NCBI GenBank assembly: GCA_963665115.1
Contig: OY762007.1
Coordinates: 3,456,001-3,520,000 of the forward strand
Length of the DNA: 64,000 nucleotides
Direction of reading: 5' to 3'
Source: an uncultured Rivularia sp.
GTDB taxonomy: Bacteria; Cyanobacteriota; Cyanobacteriia; Cyanobacteriales; Nostocaceae
The notes beneath the pieces were generated by a model. The model saw nothing but the letters and a program-made list of their open reading frames with translations. It was not told where the DNA came from and did not search any database. Of this stretch, positions 10,749 through 22,272 are shown in pieces. Made by a program: the position numbers and the translations under genes. Position 1 is the stretch's first letter. Each line of letters begins with the position of its first letter.

Positions 10749-12494
10749 ATGAGTATTGCTGCTAATTCCGATCCACCGCATTTATTGTCCGACCATAAGG
10801 AATCTGTTACTAAGTACACTGACGCATTAGCTTGTTTGGGAACTGAGTTAGTGTACGTTCAAGATGCTAGGGGGCGTTTCCTCAATTTTTGTTGGCAGCA
10901 AGGCGAACGTTTGGGATTGAATTCAGAAGATATTCTTGACGATAAAGCGAATCAAGAAAGCTTTACTCCTATTGATAGAACTGCTTACTTGCAACGCTTA
11001 GAGCAAGTGCTAGCAACTTTGCTTCCCCAAAAGTGCCAGTGTTGGTTTAGTCTTCCACAAGCGGCTGTAGAGTTAGAATTGCTGATAACTCCAGTAATGC
11101 CAGCTTTAGGCAGTGCAGCAACTTCAGTATTGGTAATGGGGAGATTATTGCAAGTTGGAGCGAGTATAAATCAAATACAAATAACGCCCAAATCGAGGAA
11201 TTTAGATGATGATATACGTTCGCAGCAATACCAAAAGCTGATTAACAATATCACCAGAAATATCCGGCGTTCTCTGGATTTAAATATTATTTGGCAGCAA
11301 ACTGTTGATAGTTTAGGCACAACACTACAGCCCAATTTTTGTATAATTTGCCCTTACTACGGTGAATCTAAAATACGTGTGATTGCCGAGTCATGCCAGC
11401 CAACCGCGAAATCGATGTTGGGGACGGAAATAGATATAGCTTCTGAAATGGGGTTTACTCAAGCTTTGAGTACTCTCAAGCCCGTTATAGTAGACCAAAC
11501 GAATAGTTCCTTATTTAACACGCAGAAACTTCTAATAGTTGCAACTTCTCACCAAGAGCAGCCTAATAGCTTAATTGCTTTGAGTTTAAATGCTGAATGC
11601 TCCTACTTGTCAACAAAAGAACTTCAATTAACCAAAGAAGCAGCAGATCAAATTGGTACGGCGATCGCCCACGCTACTTTATATAAAGAATTAGAATCAG
11701 CGCGTCAGCAAGCAGAAGAAGCTTCCCGTCTCAAAAGCGAATTTCTTGCCAACGTTTCTCATGAAATTCGCACGCCATTAAACGGCATGATTGGTTTTTT
11801 AAAGCTAATTTTAGACGGAATGGCAGATGATGAAGAGGAAAAAGCCCTTTTTCTTGAAGAAGCTCATAAATCATCCATACATCTACTTGAAGTTATTAAC
11901 GATATCTTAGACTTTGCCAAAATAGAAGCAGGCAAAATGGAGTTAGAACTTACTCCAGTAAAACTAGATGAGTTATTCAGCGATGTAGAAAACTTCATGC
12001 GTCTGCAAGCAGAACATAAGAATCTCAGCTTTGGGATGCAATTACCCGGAACGAATGACGAAATTCTCGTTTATAGCGATTACCTCCGTCTCAAACAGGT
12101 AATGATAAATTTAGTAGGTAACGCGATCAAATTCACTCATGAAGGGCATATAACCGTTACCGCTGATGTAGTCCGTAAAAAAGTAACGTTTAAGGAACAA
12201 GAATTTCCCGGCATGGTGAAAGTGCGGGTAGTAGACACGGGCATAGGTGTTTCTTTAGACCAGCAAGACAAATTATTTCAATTATTTTCTCAAGTAGATG
12301 GTTCCCGTACTCGTCAATACGGTGGTACCGGCTTGGGATTAACCATATCTCAGAAATTAGTAGAAGCAATGGGTGGCGAAGTGCATTTTTACAGCTTAGG
12401 TGAAGGGCTTGGTTCTACAGTTACCTTTACAGTACCCCTTTACCAGCAGCCCGTTTTGGTTTCCAGTGAGGAGGGAGTAGGGAGTAGGGAGTAG
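10749..12494 (+). CDS. GAF-domain sensor histidine kinase
   Basis: IRRSLDL GAF entry, H-box EFLANVSHEIRTPLNG, N-box NLVGNAIKFT, DTGIG, GGTGLGL. Confidence 0.93.
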   Translation: MSIAANSDPPHLLSDHKESVTKYTDALACLGTELVYVQDARGRFLNFCWQQGERLGLNSEDILDDKANQESFTPIDRTAYLQRLEQVLATLLPQKCQCWFSLPQAAVELELLITPVMPALGSAATSVLVMGRLLQVGASINQIQITPKSRNLDDDIRSQQYQKLINNITRNIRRSLDLNIIWQQTVDSLGTTLQPNFCIICPYYGESKIRVIAESCQPTAKSMLGTEIDIASEMGFTQALSTLKPVIVDQTNSSLFNTQKLLIVATSHQEQPNSLIALSLNAECSYLSTKELQLTKEAADQIGTAIAHATLYKELESARQQAEEASRLKSEFLANVSHEIRTPLNGMIGFLKLILDGMADDEEEKALFLEEAHKSSIHLLEVINDILDFAKIEAGKMELELTPVKLDELFSDVENFMRLQAEHKNLSFGMQLPGTNDEILVYSDYLRLKQVMINLVGNAIKFTHEGHITVTADVVRKKVTFKEQEFPGMVKVRVVDTGIGVSLDQQDKLFQLFSQVDGSRTRQYGGTGLGLTISQKLVEAMGGEVHFYSLGEGLGSTVTFTVPLYQQPVLVSSEEGVGSRE

Positions 12495-12845
12495 GGAGTA
12501 GGGAGTAGGGAGTTGGGAGTTGGGAGTTAGGAGTAGGGAGTTGGGAGTAGGGAGTAGGGAGTAGGGAGTAGTGAGTTGGGAGTTAGGAGTAGGGAGTTGG
12601 GAGTTGGGAGTTGGGAGTAGGGAGTAGTGAGTTGGGAGTTGGGAGTTGGGAGTTGGGAGTAGGGAGTTGGGAGTTGGGAGTTAGGAGTAGGGAGTTGGGA
12701 GTAGGGAGTAGGGAGTAGGGAGTAGGGAGTAGGGAGTAGGGAGTAGGGAGTAGGGAGTTACTAATCTAAGTTAGAAATTCATTACCAATTACCTATTACC
12801 CATTACCAATTACCTATTCCCAATGCCCGATGCCCGATGCCCAAT
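12473..12845. repeat. STRR arrays: (GGGAGTA/GGGAGTT)n 12473-12760 then ATTACCA/TGCCCGA types 12781-12845
   Basis: Directly visible; the array overlaps the kinase 3' end and supplies its stop codon. Confidence 0.95.
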
Positions 12846-12912
12846 TGGTCTAGTATGTAGTTAACAAGCTTTGAAAATAAACTTTGTCGCTTAACTGAGG
12901 TCAATAAGGATT

Positions 12913-13143
12913 ATGGAATTAACAAACCAAAATGTAGAAACAGTTCTTGATGAGTTGCGCCCATACTTAATGTCTGATGGTGGCAATGTGGAACTTGTAG
13001 AACTTGATGGCCCTATTGTTAAATTACGTTTACAAGGTGCTTGCGGTTCTTGTCCTAGTTCTGCTATGACTCTGAGAATGGGTATTGAACGCCGTCTCAG
13101 AGAAATGATTCCTGAAATTGCAGAAGTGGAGCAAGTAGTGTAG
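12913..13143 (+). CDS. nfuA: NifU C-terminal-like (Nfu) Fe-S cluster scaffold
   Basis: [26 protein letters not shown]xxC motif, 76 aa. Confidence 0.93.
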   Translation: MELTNQNVETVLDELRPYLMSDGGNVELVELDGPIVKLRLQGACGSCPSSAMTLRMGIERRLREMIPEIAEVEQVV

Positions 13144-13186
13144 AAATTAAAGTTGGGAATTAGGATACAAATCCTAATTTCTTGGA

Positions 13187-13211
13187 AGACGTAGCATTGC
13201 TACGTCTCTAC
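13187..13211. repeat. GTAGAGACG-type dispersed palindrome
   Basis: AGACGTAGCATTGCTACGTCTCTAC; relatives at 29012, 37545, 51803, 55560. Confidence 0.8.
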
Positions 13212-13241
13212 AATTCCTCGCTTTTACCTCCTCACTCATTT

Positions 13242-15479
13242 ATGTCTCACCCCCTGCACGTAGCTTTTATCTGGCATCAACATCAACCTTTATATAAGTC
13301 TCCTGAAGGAGGTTCGTCTTCATACCTTGGTGCTGGAAGATACCGTTTACCTTGGGTACGCTTGCACGGTACTAAAGATTATTTAGATTTGATATTAATG
13401 TTGGAACGGTATCCGAAACTGCATCAAACTGTTAATTTGGTTCCGTCTTTGATATTGCAGCTTGAAGATTATATTGCCGGTACTGCTTTCGATCCTTATT
13501 TAGAAGTTAGTTTAACCCCTACAGAACAACTAACGAGCGGACAGTTAGAATTTATTCTCGAACATTTTTTTGACGCTAATTACGATACTTTGATTCAACC
13601 CCATCCTCGCTACAGGGAGCTTTACCAAGTTCGTCAGGAGAAGGGAGAAGCTTGGTGTTTGGCAAATTGGGATTTACAAGATTACAGCGATTTATTAGCT
13701 TGGCACAATTTGGCGTGGATCGATCCTTTATTTTGGGATGATGGGGAAATTGCGACTTGGTTAAACCAAGGAAGAAATTTTAGTTTGAGCGATCGCCAAC
13801 GTATTTACTCCAAGCAGCGAGAAATTTTGGCTAAAATTATCCCGAAACACCGTCAGATGCAGGAAGCTGGGCAGCTGGAGGTGACGACTACGCCTTATAC
13901 GCACCCAATTTTACCTTTACTTGCGGATACTGATGCGGGTAGAGTCGCTGTACCCAATATGACTTTGCCGCGATATCGTTTTTCGTGGCCTGAAGATATT
14001 CCCCGCCATCTAAGTAAGGGATGGGAGTTTTATAAAGATAGATTTAAACGAGAGCCTCGCGGATTGTGGCCTTCGGAGCAGTCAGTAAGTCCGGCTGTTT
14101 TACCGTATATGGTAGAACAGGGTTTTCAGTGGATATGCTCGGATGAAGCTGTTTTGGGATGGAGTTTACAACAGTTTTTCCACCGCGATGAAACGGGAAA
14201 TATTCAACAACCAGAATTACTTTACCGCCCTTACCGCTTACAAACTTCTGCTGGGGATTTATCAATTGTTTTTCGAGATCATGCACTATCCGATTTAATT
14301 GGTTTTACCTACAGTGGAATGTCTGCTCAAGATGCATCGCAAGATTTAATCGGACGATTGCTCCAAATCGCCCAAATGCAGCAAAATAGCGACAGCGAGC
14401 AGCCTTGGTTAGTTACTATTGCTTTGGATGGTGAAAACTGTTGGGAATTTTACGAACAAGATGGTAAACCCTTCTTAGAAGCTTTGTACGACGGCTTTAG
14501 TAAGGAACCGCAGCTAAAATTGGTTACAGTTTCTGAATATTTACAAGAATTTCCTGCTCAAGCCACAATGAAAGCAGAGCAACTGCATAGCGGTTCTTGG
14601 GTAGACGGTAGTTTTACTACATGGATAGGCGACCCGGTAAAAAATAGAGCTTGGGACTACTTAGCTCAAGCCAGACAGACATTAGCAAATCATCCAGAAG
14701 CAACAGAAGAAAACAATCCCGCAGCATGGGAAGCTTTATATGCTGCTGAAGGTTCCGACTGGTTTTGGTGGTTTGGGGAAGGGCATTCATCAAATCAAGA
14801 TGCTATTTTTGACCAACTATTTCGGCTGCATTTGCGAGGAATTTACCGAGCATTAAACGAACCCATACCCACCTATTTAAATCAACCTTTAGAAATCCAT
14901 GAAGCAAGAACAAACCATCGAGCTAGCGGATTTATTCACCCAGAAATCAACGGTAGTGGCGACGAACAAGGTTGGGAAAAAGCCGGACGTTTAGAAATTG
15001 GTGGTGCCCGAGGAACCATGCACAGCAGCAGCCCCATTCAACGGTTGTGGTATGGTTTAGACCAATCCAATTTTTACTTACGCATGGATTTCAAAACTGG
15101 AATACAGCCGACTAAAGATTTACCACCCCAATTAAATCTACTGTGGTTTTATCCAAATCAAATCATGCACAACAGTTCTTTACCAATAGTAGATACGCCC
15201 GATATTGCCCCACTAAATTATCTATTTCACCATCATTTACAAATAAATTTCTCAACACGCTCAATTAAATTTCAGCAAGCAGGTGAGTATTCCCAATGGT
15301 ATACTCGCGAAACCCACGCTCAAGCAGCTTTAAATGCTTGTTTAGAAATAGCAGTACCGTGGAACGATTTACAGCAACCCCCAGAATCTCCCATAAGACT
15401 TGTTTTACTACTTTCCGATCAAGGGCATTTTCGCAGTTATTTACCAGAAAACGGTTTGATAGCGATCGAATTAAATTGA
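13242..15479 (+). CDS. Glycoside hydrolase family 57 (amylopullulanase-like)
   Basis: FIWHQHQPLY, YTHPILPLL, GLWPSEQS, IALDGENCWE, AEGSDWFWW motifs. ATG 13242 is preferred because the upstream TTG extension is a repeat. Confidence 0.92.
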   Translation: MSHPLHVAFIWHQHQPLYKSPEGGSSSYLGAGRYRLPWVRLHGTKDYLDLILMLERYPKLHQTVNLVPSLILQLEDYIAGTAFDPYLEVSLTPTEQLTSGQLEFILEHFFDANYDTLIQPHPRYRELYQVRQEKGEAWCLANWDLQDYSDLLAWHNLAWIDPLFWDDGEIATWLNQGRNFSLSDRQRIYSKQREILAKIIPKHRQMQEAGQLEVTTTPYTHPILPLLADTDAGRVAVPNMTLPRYRFSWPEDIPRHLSKGWEFYKDRFKREPRGLWPSEQSVSPAVLPYMVEQGFQWICSDEAVLGWSLQQFFHRDETGNIQQPELLYRPYRLQTSAGDLSIVFRDHALSDLIGFTYSGMSAQDASQDLIGRLLQIAQMQQNSDSEQPWLVTIALDGENCWEFYEQDGKPFLEALYDGFSKEPQLKLVTVSEYLQEFPAQATMKAEQLHSGSWVDGSFTTWIGDPVKNRAWDYLAQARQTLANHPEATEENNPAAWEALYAAEGSDWFWWFGEGHSSNQDAIFDQLFRLHLRGIYRALNEPIPTYLNQPLEIHEARTNHRASGFIHPEINGSGDEQGWEKAGRLEIGGARGTMHSSSPIQRLWYGLDQSNFYLRMDFKTGIQPTKDLPPQLNLLWFYPNQIMHNSSLPIVDTPDIAPLNYLFHHHLQINFSTRSIKFQQAGEYSQWYTRETHAQAALNACLEIAVPWNDLQQPPESPIRLVLLLSDQGHFRSYLPENGLIAIELN

Positions 15480-15674
15480 ATAGGGAAAACGGTTAATAGT
15501 TAAAGAAAGCAGAAAAAAATTATTCAACCTTCGATCGGTTTTGTTTACGCCTTAGTTATCGGTGATGTTAATCGCAATTTCACAGTGAAAGACTCGAAAA
15601 GTCTATAAGTCCCGCTATTTATAAATTAGTCTTTTTTGTCAAAGGGTAACTTCAGTTTATAACTACAATCAATA

Positions 15675-15709
15675 CTGGTGTGCCGTTTCTCAGCACACCA
15701 GCTTTTTTT
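15675..15709 (+). terminator. Intrinsic terminator
   Basis: CTGGTGTGC-loop-GCACACCAG followed by a T tract. Confidence 0.75.
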
Positions 15710-15735
15710 ACGTGTTACGTATTATTTACTTTATG

Positions 15736-15774
15736 TCTGTGTTTCATATGATTTAAAGACACAGATTTTTTTTT
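15736..15774 (+). terminator. Second intrinsic terminator
   Basis: TCTGTGT..ACACAGA followed by a T9 tract. Confidence 0.6.
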
Positions 15775-16400
15775 GCGACCGAAGCATTTAGAGTAAAGCT
15801 CATAAAATCGCATTGTTCCTTAAATTTTTCCGACTATCTACTTAATTGTATTCGGCTTTTACTTAATACTCACAAAACACTTAGTCATATTCAACAGTTG
15901 TCAGATTTAGCTAAAATATGCCACTGTAGAAATTACATAGGATTTAAAGTAATAAATTGTACTTGAAATTATGTTGCCCGTTTATAAAATAAATGTATAA
16001 TTTATGTAATTAAATAATACTTTTTCTAAGAAATATTACTCAAGTTATAGGTCATATCAAAGTAAAAACTCACAGTTTTTGCTTTTTTATACTAAAAAGT
16101 GAATGAGTAACACTTGAATATACTAAGCAACTTACGAGTATAGAAATAAAGATATGCAACTCTGTATGCGGACTTCGATCGTATCGCCAACCTACCTTAA
16201 ATTATAGTATTTTAGTACTATATTAGAAAGTACAGAAACTAAAGAAATAATTTTGTCAAAAGAATCGGTTATACCAAGCGCTAGCAATCTTTAAGTTAAA
16301 ACCATTCGTTTTAAATATGGTATTTCTCAAAATTAACTACAGGGCTTCAAATCACGTTTTTCTAGTAGCTATTAAATCTATTGTCATCTTGTACAAAGTG

Positions 16401-17292
16401 ATGAATCACTTGTCTCATAAAATATTGAATTTTCATTCAGATTTGTTAAAGAATACTCAACTAGGTCGATTATGTGGTTCTAAAATTTTATTTGACAAAC
16501 GTTATGCAATTTTACGAATTTTAGGTAAAGGAGCTTTTGGAGTCATATTTTTAGCTAGGAATGTAACTTTACCAGGACATCCTTTATGCGTTATTAAGCA
16601 GCTTTATCCTCAAGTAAGTAGTCTTAGAGGTTTGCAAAAAGCTAAACAACGTTTTGAAAAAGAAGCTAAAACTTTAGGGTCAGTTGGGAAATCATTGTCA
16701 AATTCCCATGCTTTTAGATTACTTTGAAATAAAAGAAGATTTTTTTCTAGTTCAAGAATATATTCGTGGTTGTACTTTAACTCGGGAAGTTAGACGCAGC
16801 GGTTCTTTTAATGAAGCTGCGGTTAAACAGTTCTTGAACGAAATACTGCCGGTATTAAATTATATTCATGCAAATCATCTAATTCACCGTGATATAAAAC
16901 CACAGAACTTACTCCGTTGCAATGATGATGGACGTTTGGTATTAATTGATTTTGGCGCAGTTAAAGAAGAATTGGCATTAACTGACGAGCTTACCGATGA
17001 AAATGCTACTACTATGTTCGTTGGAACTATGGGATTTGCACCGCCAGAACAGGTTTTTCTACGTCCGGTTTACAGTAGCGATATTTATGCATTAGGTGTA
17101 ACTTGTCTTTATTTACTAAGTGGCAAAGCACCTTTAGAATTTGATTATGATACGAATACCGGTGAAATATGTTGGCAAAAAGACTTAACCGTTAGCGAAC
17201 ACTTTGCCGAAATTTTGAATAAAATGCTCAGAACTAATTTAAACGAACGTTTCGTGTCTGTTTCTGAGTTGATGTTTTCTCTTAGTACCTAA
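16401..17292 (+). CDS. Ser/Thr protein kinase (tandem paralog 1); +1 frameshift near 16678
   Basis: GKGAFG, VIKQL, HRDIKPQN, DFG, APPEQ. Alignment to the next gene shows one extra G (TTAGGGTCAG); start chosen by homology with ATG 17438. Confidence 0.88.
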
Positions 17293-17437
17293 TCCTATAA
17301 TAGTTTTTTTGTATACATTATATTAAGGAAAAATTAGGTTTGTGCAAAGATACGGTAATTATACTGGCGATAAATACTGATAATAGTTACATTGAGAAAA
17401 TGGCGAATTAGCAATATAAATAATATTGTTTATTATA

Positions 17438-18532
17438 ATGAATCGTTTTTCTCGAAAAATATCTCATTTTAATTCAGACCTTTTGATGAATACAAAGTTA
17501 GGACAATTATGTGGTTCTAAAAGTTTATTTCGCGAACGTTATGCAATATTACGCATTTTAGGCAGGGGAGGTTTTGGAGTTACTTTTTTAGCTAGAAATG
17601 TAACTCTACCCGGACATCCTTTATGCGTTATTAAGCAGCTTTGTCCTAAAGTTAGTAGCCCTAGAAGTTGGCAAAGGGCTAAGGAACGTTTTGAAAAGGA
17701 AGCTAAAACTTTAGGGCAATTAGGGAATCATTCTCAAATTCCGATGATTTTAGATTATTTTGAAGTGGGAGGAGAATTTTTTCTGGTTCAAGAATATGTC
17801 CGTGGCTGTACTTTAACTCGTGAAGTTAGACGCAACGGTGCTTTAAGTGAAGATGCTGTCAAAAAGTTTTTACGCGAAATACTTCCGGTGTTGCAGTATG
17901 TTCACAAAAATCATGTAATTCATCGAGATATCAAACCGCATAATTTACTTCGATGCGATGACGATGAACGTTTGGTATTAATTGATTTTGGTGCGGTGAG
18001 AGAAGAGTTGGCAAAAGCTAGCGAACTTGCAGATAAGACTGCTACTACTAATTTTGTTGGAACTATGGGGTTTGCTCCTCCGGAACAATTTTCTCTACGT
18101 CCAGTTTACAGTAGCGATATTTACGCATTAGGGATAACTAGTCTTTACTTACTTAGTGGCAAAGCACCTTTAGAATTTGATTACGATGCTAAGACGGGTG
18201 AAATATGCTGGCAAAAACAGTTAACAGTTAGCGAAAACTTTGCCTCTATCTTGAATAAAATGCTTAAAGTTAATGTAAAGGAGCGTTTTACATCGGCTTC
18301 GGAAGTCATGTTTGCTTTGGGTGTAGAATCCCACTTACCTCATTTAACTAACTGCTTGACTACTCAACCTTTAGGAGGTGTAAAGAAGTCGGTAACAAAT
18401 AGTTTTGAAGAAAATTACCATAGTTATGTTCCTCCATTTGCACGAACTGCAATCGCGATTCGCGAATGGAAAGCTAAATTAGAAGCAAAAAAAACAAGAC
18501 GCAAATATAAACGTTATTCATCACTGGCATAA
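17438..18532 (+). CDS. Ser/Thr protein kinase (tandem paralog 2)
   Basis: GRGGFG, VIKQL, HRDIKPHN, DFG, GTMGFAPPEQ; basic C-terminal tail. Confidence 0.93.
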   Translation: MNRFSRKISHFNSDLLMNTKLGQLCGSKSLFRERYAILRILGRGGFGVTFLARNVTLPGHPLCVIKQLCPKVSSPRSWQRAKERFEKEAKTLGQLGNHSQIPMILDYFEVGGEFFLVQEYVRGCTLTREVRRNGALSEDAVKKFLREILPVLQYVHKNHVIHRDIKPHNLLRCDDDERLVLIDFGAVREELAKASELADKTATTNFVGTMGFAPPEQFSLRPVYSSDIYALGITSLYLLSGKAPLEFDYDAKTGEICWQKQLTVSENFASILNKMLKVNVKERFTSASEVMFALGVESHLPHLTNCLTTQPLGGVKKSVTNSFEENYHSYVPPFARTAIAIREWKAKLEAKKTRRKYKRYSSLA

Positions 18533-18803
18533 TAATAGGTCTAAAATGTAAAAAAATATCCATATCTAAGTTAAGTAGATTATTTTTTGTACAGTAAAAT
18601 AGATTATTAGTTTCAGGATAGGCAGTTTTTATTAATACATTGATATCGGTAAAGGTAATTACATTGCAAGAAAAATGATTTAATTAATTGAATTTAAATA
18701 TTTTTCTACAAAGATTTTTGTATAATAATGAAATAATTTTCTATTAGAAAGGAAAATTAGGGGCTTTTGTTAGCAAAAACTATCACGCAGTTGCCCGAAT
18801 TAA

Positions 18804-20895
18804 ATGATGATCTGCTGCCTAAATCCCGATTGCCTAAATCCCCTTAACGATAAATCCTCGAAATTTTGCGCTAGCTGCGGGGCACCTTTACTACCATTAT
18901 TACGAAATCGATTTCGAGTTATCCGGGTGCTTTCACAAGAAGGTGGATTTGGAAAAACTTATTTAGCCCAAGATTCAGATAAACTAAATGAACCTTGTGT
19001 TATCAAGCAATTAGCACCTAGAATTGAAGGAAGCTGGGCGCTAAAGAAAGCAGTAGAGTTGTTTGAGAAAGAAGCACAACGACTACAGCAGTTAGGAGAA
19101 AATTCCCAAATTCCTAAGCTTTTAGCTTACTTTGAACAAGACAATTGTTTATATCTGGTACAGCAATTTATTGACGGGAAAAATTTGCTCGAAGAATTAG
19201 AAGCGCGACGCGAAGGCGATATTTGGCTGCGTTGTTATAGCGAAAAAGAAATTAGAGATTTGCTGCTTAATTTATTACCAGTTCTTCATTTTGTCCACGA
19301 GCATGGAGTTGTTCATCGGGATATTAAACCCCAAAATATTATTCGCCGCATTTCTCCTCAAAATTTGGTGGACGATTTAGTCTTAATAGATTTTGGTTCT
19401 TCAAAAGAATTGAAGCCAACACTCAAGTTGAAAGTCGGAACTTCTATTGGCTCGCATGGTTATTCAGCAATAGAACAAATTAGAGACGGATTAGCTTATC
19501 CTGCTAGCGATTTATTTAGTGTTGGAGCTACCTGTTTTCATTTAATGACGGGTATGTCCCCCTTTCAACTATGGACGGAACATGGTTATGGCTGGATGAA
19601 TAATTGGGAAAAGTATTTAAATTATCCAATTAGCGATGAACTTGCTCATGCGATCGATAGGTTGTTAAAAAAAGATATAGAAACAGCGGTACAAATCTGC
19701 TGTAGAAGTAATTGCAGATTTGAAAAAGCCGCAAAAATACCCTATAGTTTTACCTGGGTTGGTAGAGGTTTGCCAACAATTAGTACCACCAACCGAAATA
19801 TTTCCCAAAAATAGATACACGAAGTTTAAGAAAATATTGTTAGCAGGTGCAGCAGTCTTAATGTTTGTGGCTGGAGAATTCTGGTATTGGAAAACTCGCG
19901 AAACCCAAATCCGCAACGATACTAATACTCAACCAAGCATTCAACCAGCAGTTAAACGTGAGAGTCTTTCAGATCGATCCGACTCCAATCAAAAACAGTT
20001 TGCTTTAATCAAAACCTTTAACCTTGTTTATGATTCAGTTTCATCCCTGGCAATTAGCCCAGATAGCAAAACAATTTTGACAAACAGTCTTTTCGGAGTC
20101 AAGCTATGGAGCTTAATAACCAAACAGGAAATATCTGTATTTGATGCTCATAATGCAAAAGTGAATGTAGTTACCATAGATCCAGACGGTACAAAATTTG
20201 TCACTGGTAGCGAAGATAAAACTATCAAAATATGGAATCTGGCAACAGGGCAAGAAATTCGCACGCTACAAAAACATACTTTGGGGATTCATGCTTTAGC
20301 TATAAGCCCCGATGGTAAGCTACTCGCTTCCGGAGGCGATGACAGCAGCATTAAACTGTGGAATATTAATACTGGTGAAGAATTAGTTAGTTTTGATAAT
20401 CACAATCAAAAAATTAGTTCTCTTGCCTTCGATTCCGTTGGTAAGATGCTTGCTAGTGGTAGCTTTGACGGTACGATAAAAATTTGGGATACAAAGGCTC
20501 AAAAACTTTTACGTACTCTACCGAAAAACCATAGTAAAGTTTATTTCACTAACTTTATTGAAAAATCTGGAAGTATAAGTAATAATTCGGTAATTGCTAG
20601 TTACAATAGCGATATACGTATGTGGAATCCAATTACTGGAGACAAAATACGTACTTTTAAAGGACATTCTCAACCCATAACATCTACTGCTATAAGCTCT
20701 CAAAGAAATCTTCTTGCTTCAGGTAGTAGCGATAAAACTATTAAGTTATGGGATTTGAATACTGGGGAACTTTTAATTACTTTAAAGGGACATTCTGGTA
20801 AAGTCGAGTCTCTTGCTTTTAATCAGGATGGAAATATTCTAGTAAGTTCCGCTGACGATAGAACTATTAAAGTTTGGCAAATATCTATTTTTTAA
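18804..20895 (+). CDS. Ser/Thr kinase with N-terminal 4-Cys motif, TM segment and WD40 repeats; +1 frameshift near 19682
   Basis: CLNPDC..FCASCG, HRDIKPQN, DFG; removing one A gives DIEQRYKSAVEVIADL; GH..WD repeats downstream. Confidence 0.9.
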
Positions 20896-21095
20896 TTGTT
20901 AAGAGAATAAAAATTACGTATAAAGTCAATATAAAATACTTATAAAGAATATGCATAACTCTTGGAAATTTATCCGAGATACTATTGAATTGATAGTTGA
21001 ATATATTTCGATCGAATAATAAATTTTAAGTATATTTTTTTTAAATTCGTGGAGTTGAGTTAAAAGCTAAGCTTCATCAAGTATTTATTTTGTTT

Positions 21096-22152
21096 ATGAA
21101 TATGACCAATTACATATTGAAAATTTTAACCACTTCCTCAGTGATGGTTTTGGCCTTCATAAAAGTTTGGGGTTGGGAAACTTATCCTGCTACTAGTGGT
21201 ATATCTTCTCGCTTAGATCGGCCAGTATCAACGCCTTGGAAAACTGCTTCCTTGGGATTCACATTCACGGGACATTCCGATTCCGTTTGGGCGATCGCCA
21301 TTAGCCCGCATCAAGTTGAAGCAGGTGAAGGAAGGATTATAGCTTCTGTTAGCGGAGATAAAACTATTAAATTATGGGATTTGGAAACAAAACAGCCAAT
21401 CCGCACCTTAGAAGGGCATTCTGACTCGGTTAATACCGTTGTTTTTAGTCCGGATGGGAAAATACTGGCTTCTGCTGGTGCTGATAAGGTTATTCGCTTG
21501 TGGGATGTTGCAACAGGTAAGCAAATCCGGGTTATGAGAGGACATTCAGCCTCTGTCGGTTCAATTGCTTTTAGTCCAGATGGAAACTTTATCGTCAGTA
21601 GTAGTTGGGATCAAACCGTTAGTTTATGGAATGCAAATACGGGAATCAAAATTCGCACTATAAGGGGAGATTGTGACGTAGTAAATGTTGTAGTAGTTAG
21701 CCCCGATGGTAAGACTTTCGCAACGGGAAATCATTTTGAAGGGACGATTGACTTGTGGAATTTAGCCACAGGAACGAAAATCAAGTCTTTGACAGGTCAT
21801 TTAGATGCGATAAGTTCTTTAGCGTTTAGTCCAGATGGTAAAACTTTAGCAAGCGGTAGTTGGGATAAAACTATCAAGTTGTGGAATCTAGATACTGGGG
21901 CTAAATTGCGCGTTTTAAGCGGACATTCTCATAGAATTTGGTCGGTTGCGTTTAGTCCCAGATGGTGAAACCCTCGCAAGCGGAAGTTGGGATAAGACTA
22001 TTAAGTTATGGAATCCACAAACGGGAAAAAGAATTAGTACTCTCAGAGGACATTCTCAAAGAGTTTGGTCAGTCGCTTTTAGCCCAGACGGTAAAACCCT
22101 TGCAAGCAGCAGTTTTGATAAAACTATTAAAATTTGGCAAACTTTGCAATGA
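21096..22152 (+). CDS. WD40-repeat protein with N-terminal hydrophobic segment; +1 frameshift near 21958
   Basis: Regular GHSxxVxxVAFSPDG..S.DKTIKLW repeats; extra C in AGTCCCAGAT. Confidence 0.9.
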
Positions 22153-22272
22153 GAATGGGGAAATGGGGAGATGGGGAGAGATTTTTTAGAGTAGCGATTA
22201 GGTGATTTGTATTTACCTACTACTTACTACTTACTACTCACTCCTAATTATTTCCAATGCCCAATTCCCAAT
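22152..22272. repeat. Short STRR tracts between convergent genes (G-rich then C-rich)
   Basis: ATGGGGA repeats at 22155-22180; TACTACT/TTCCCAA types at 22216-22272. Confidence 0.75.

Noticed and set aside
16401..18532. Diversity-generating retroelement template/variable repeat pair
   Set aside because: Differences involve all bases across whole genes, and no reverse transcriptase is present.
19200..19236. Small insertion element in the kinase (ARREGDIWLRC), and similar extra residues in the WD40 gene near 21308
   Set aside because: No split HIP1 site or clear repeat family match; could be ordinary loop variation.
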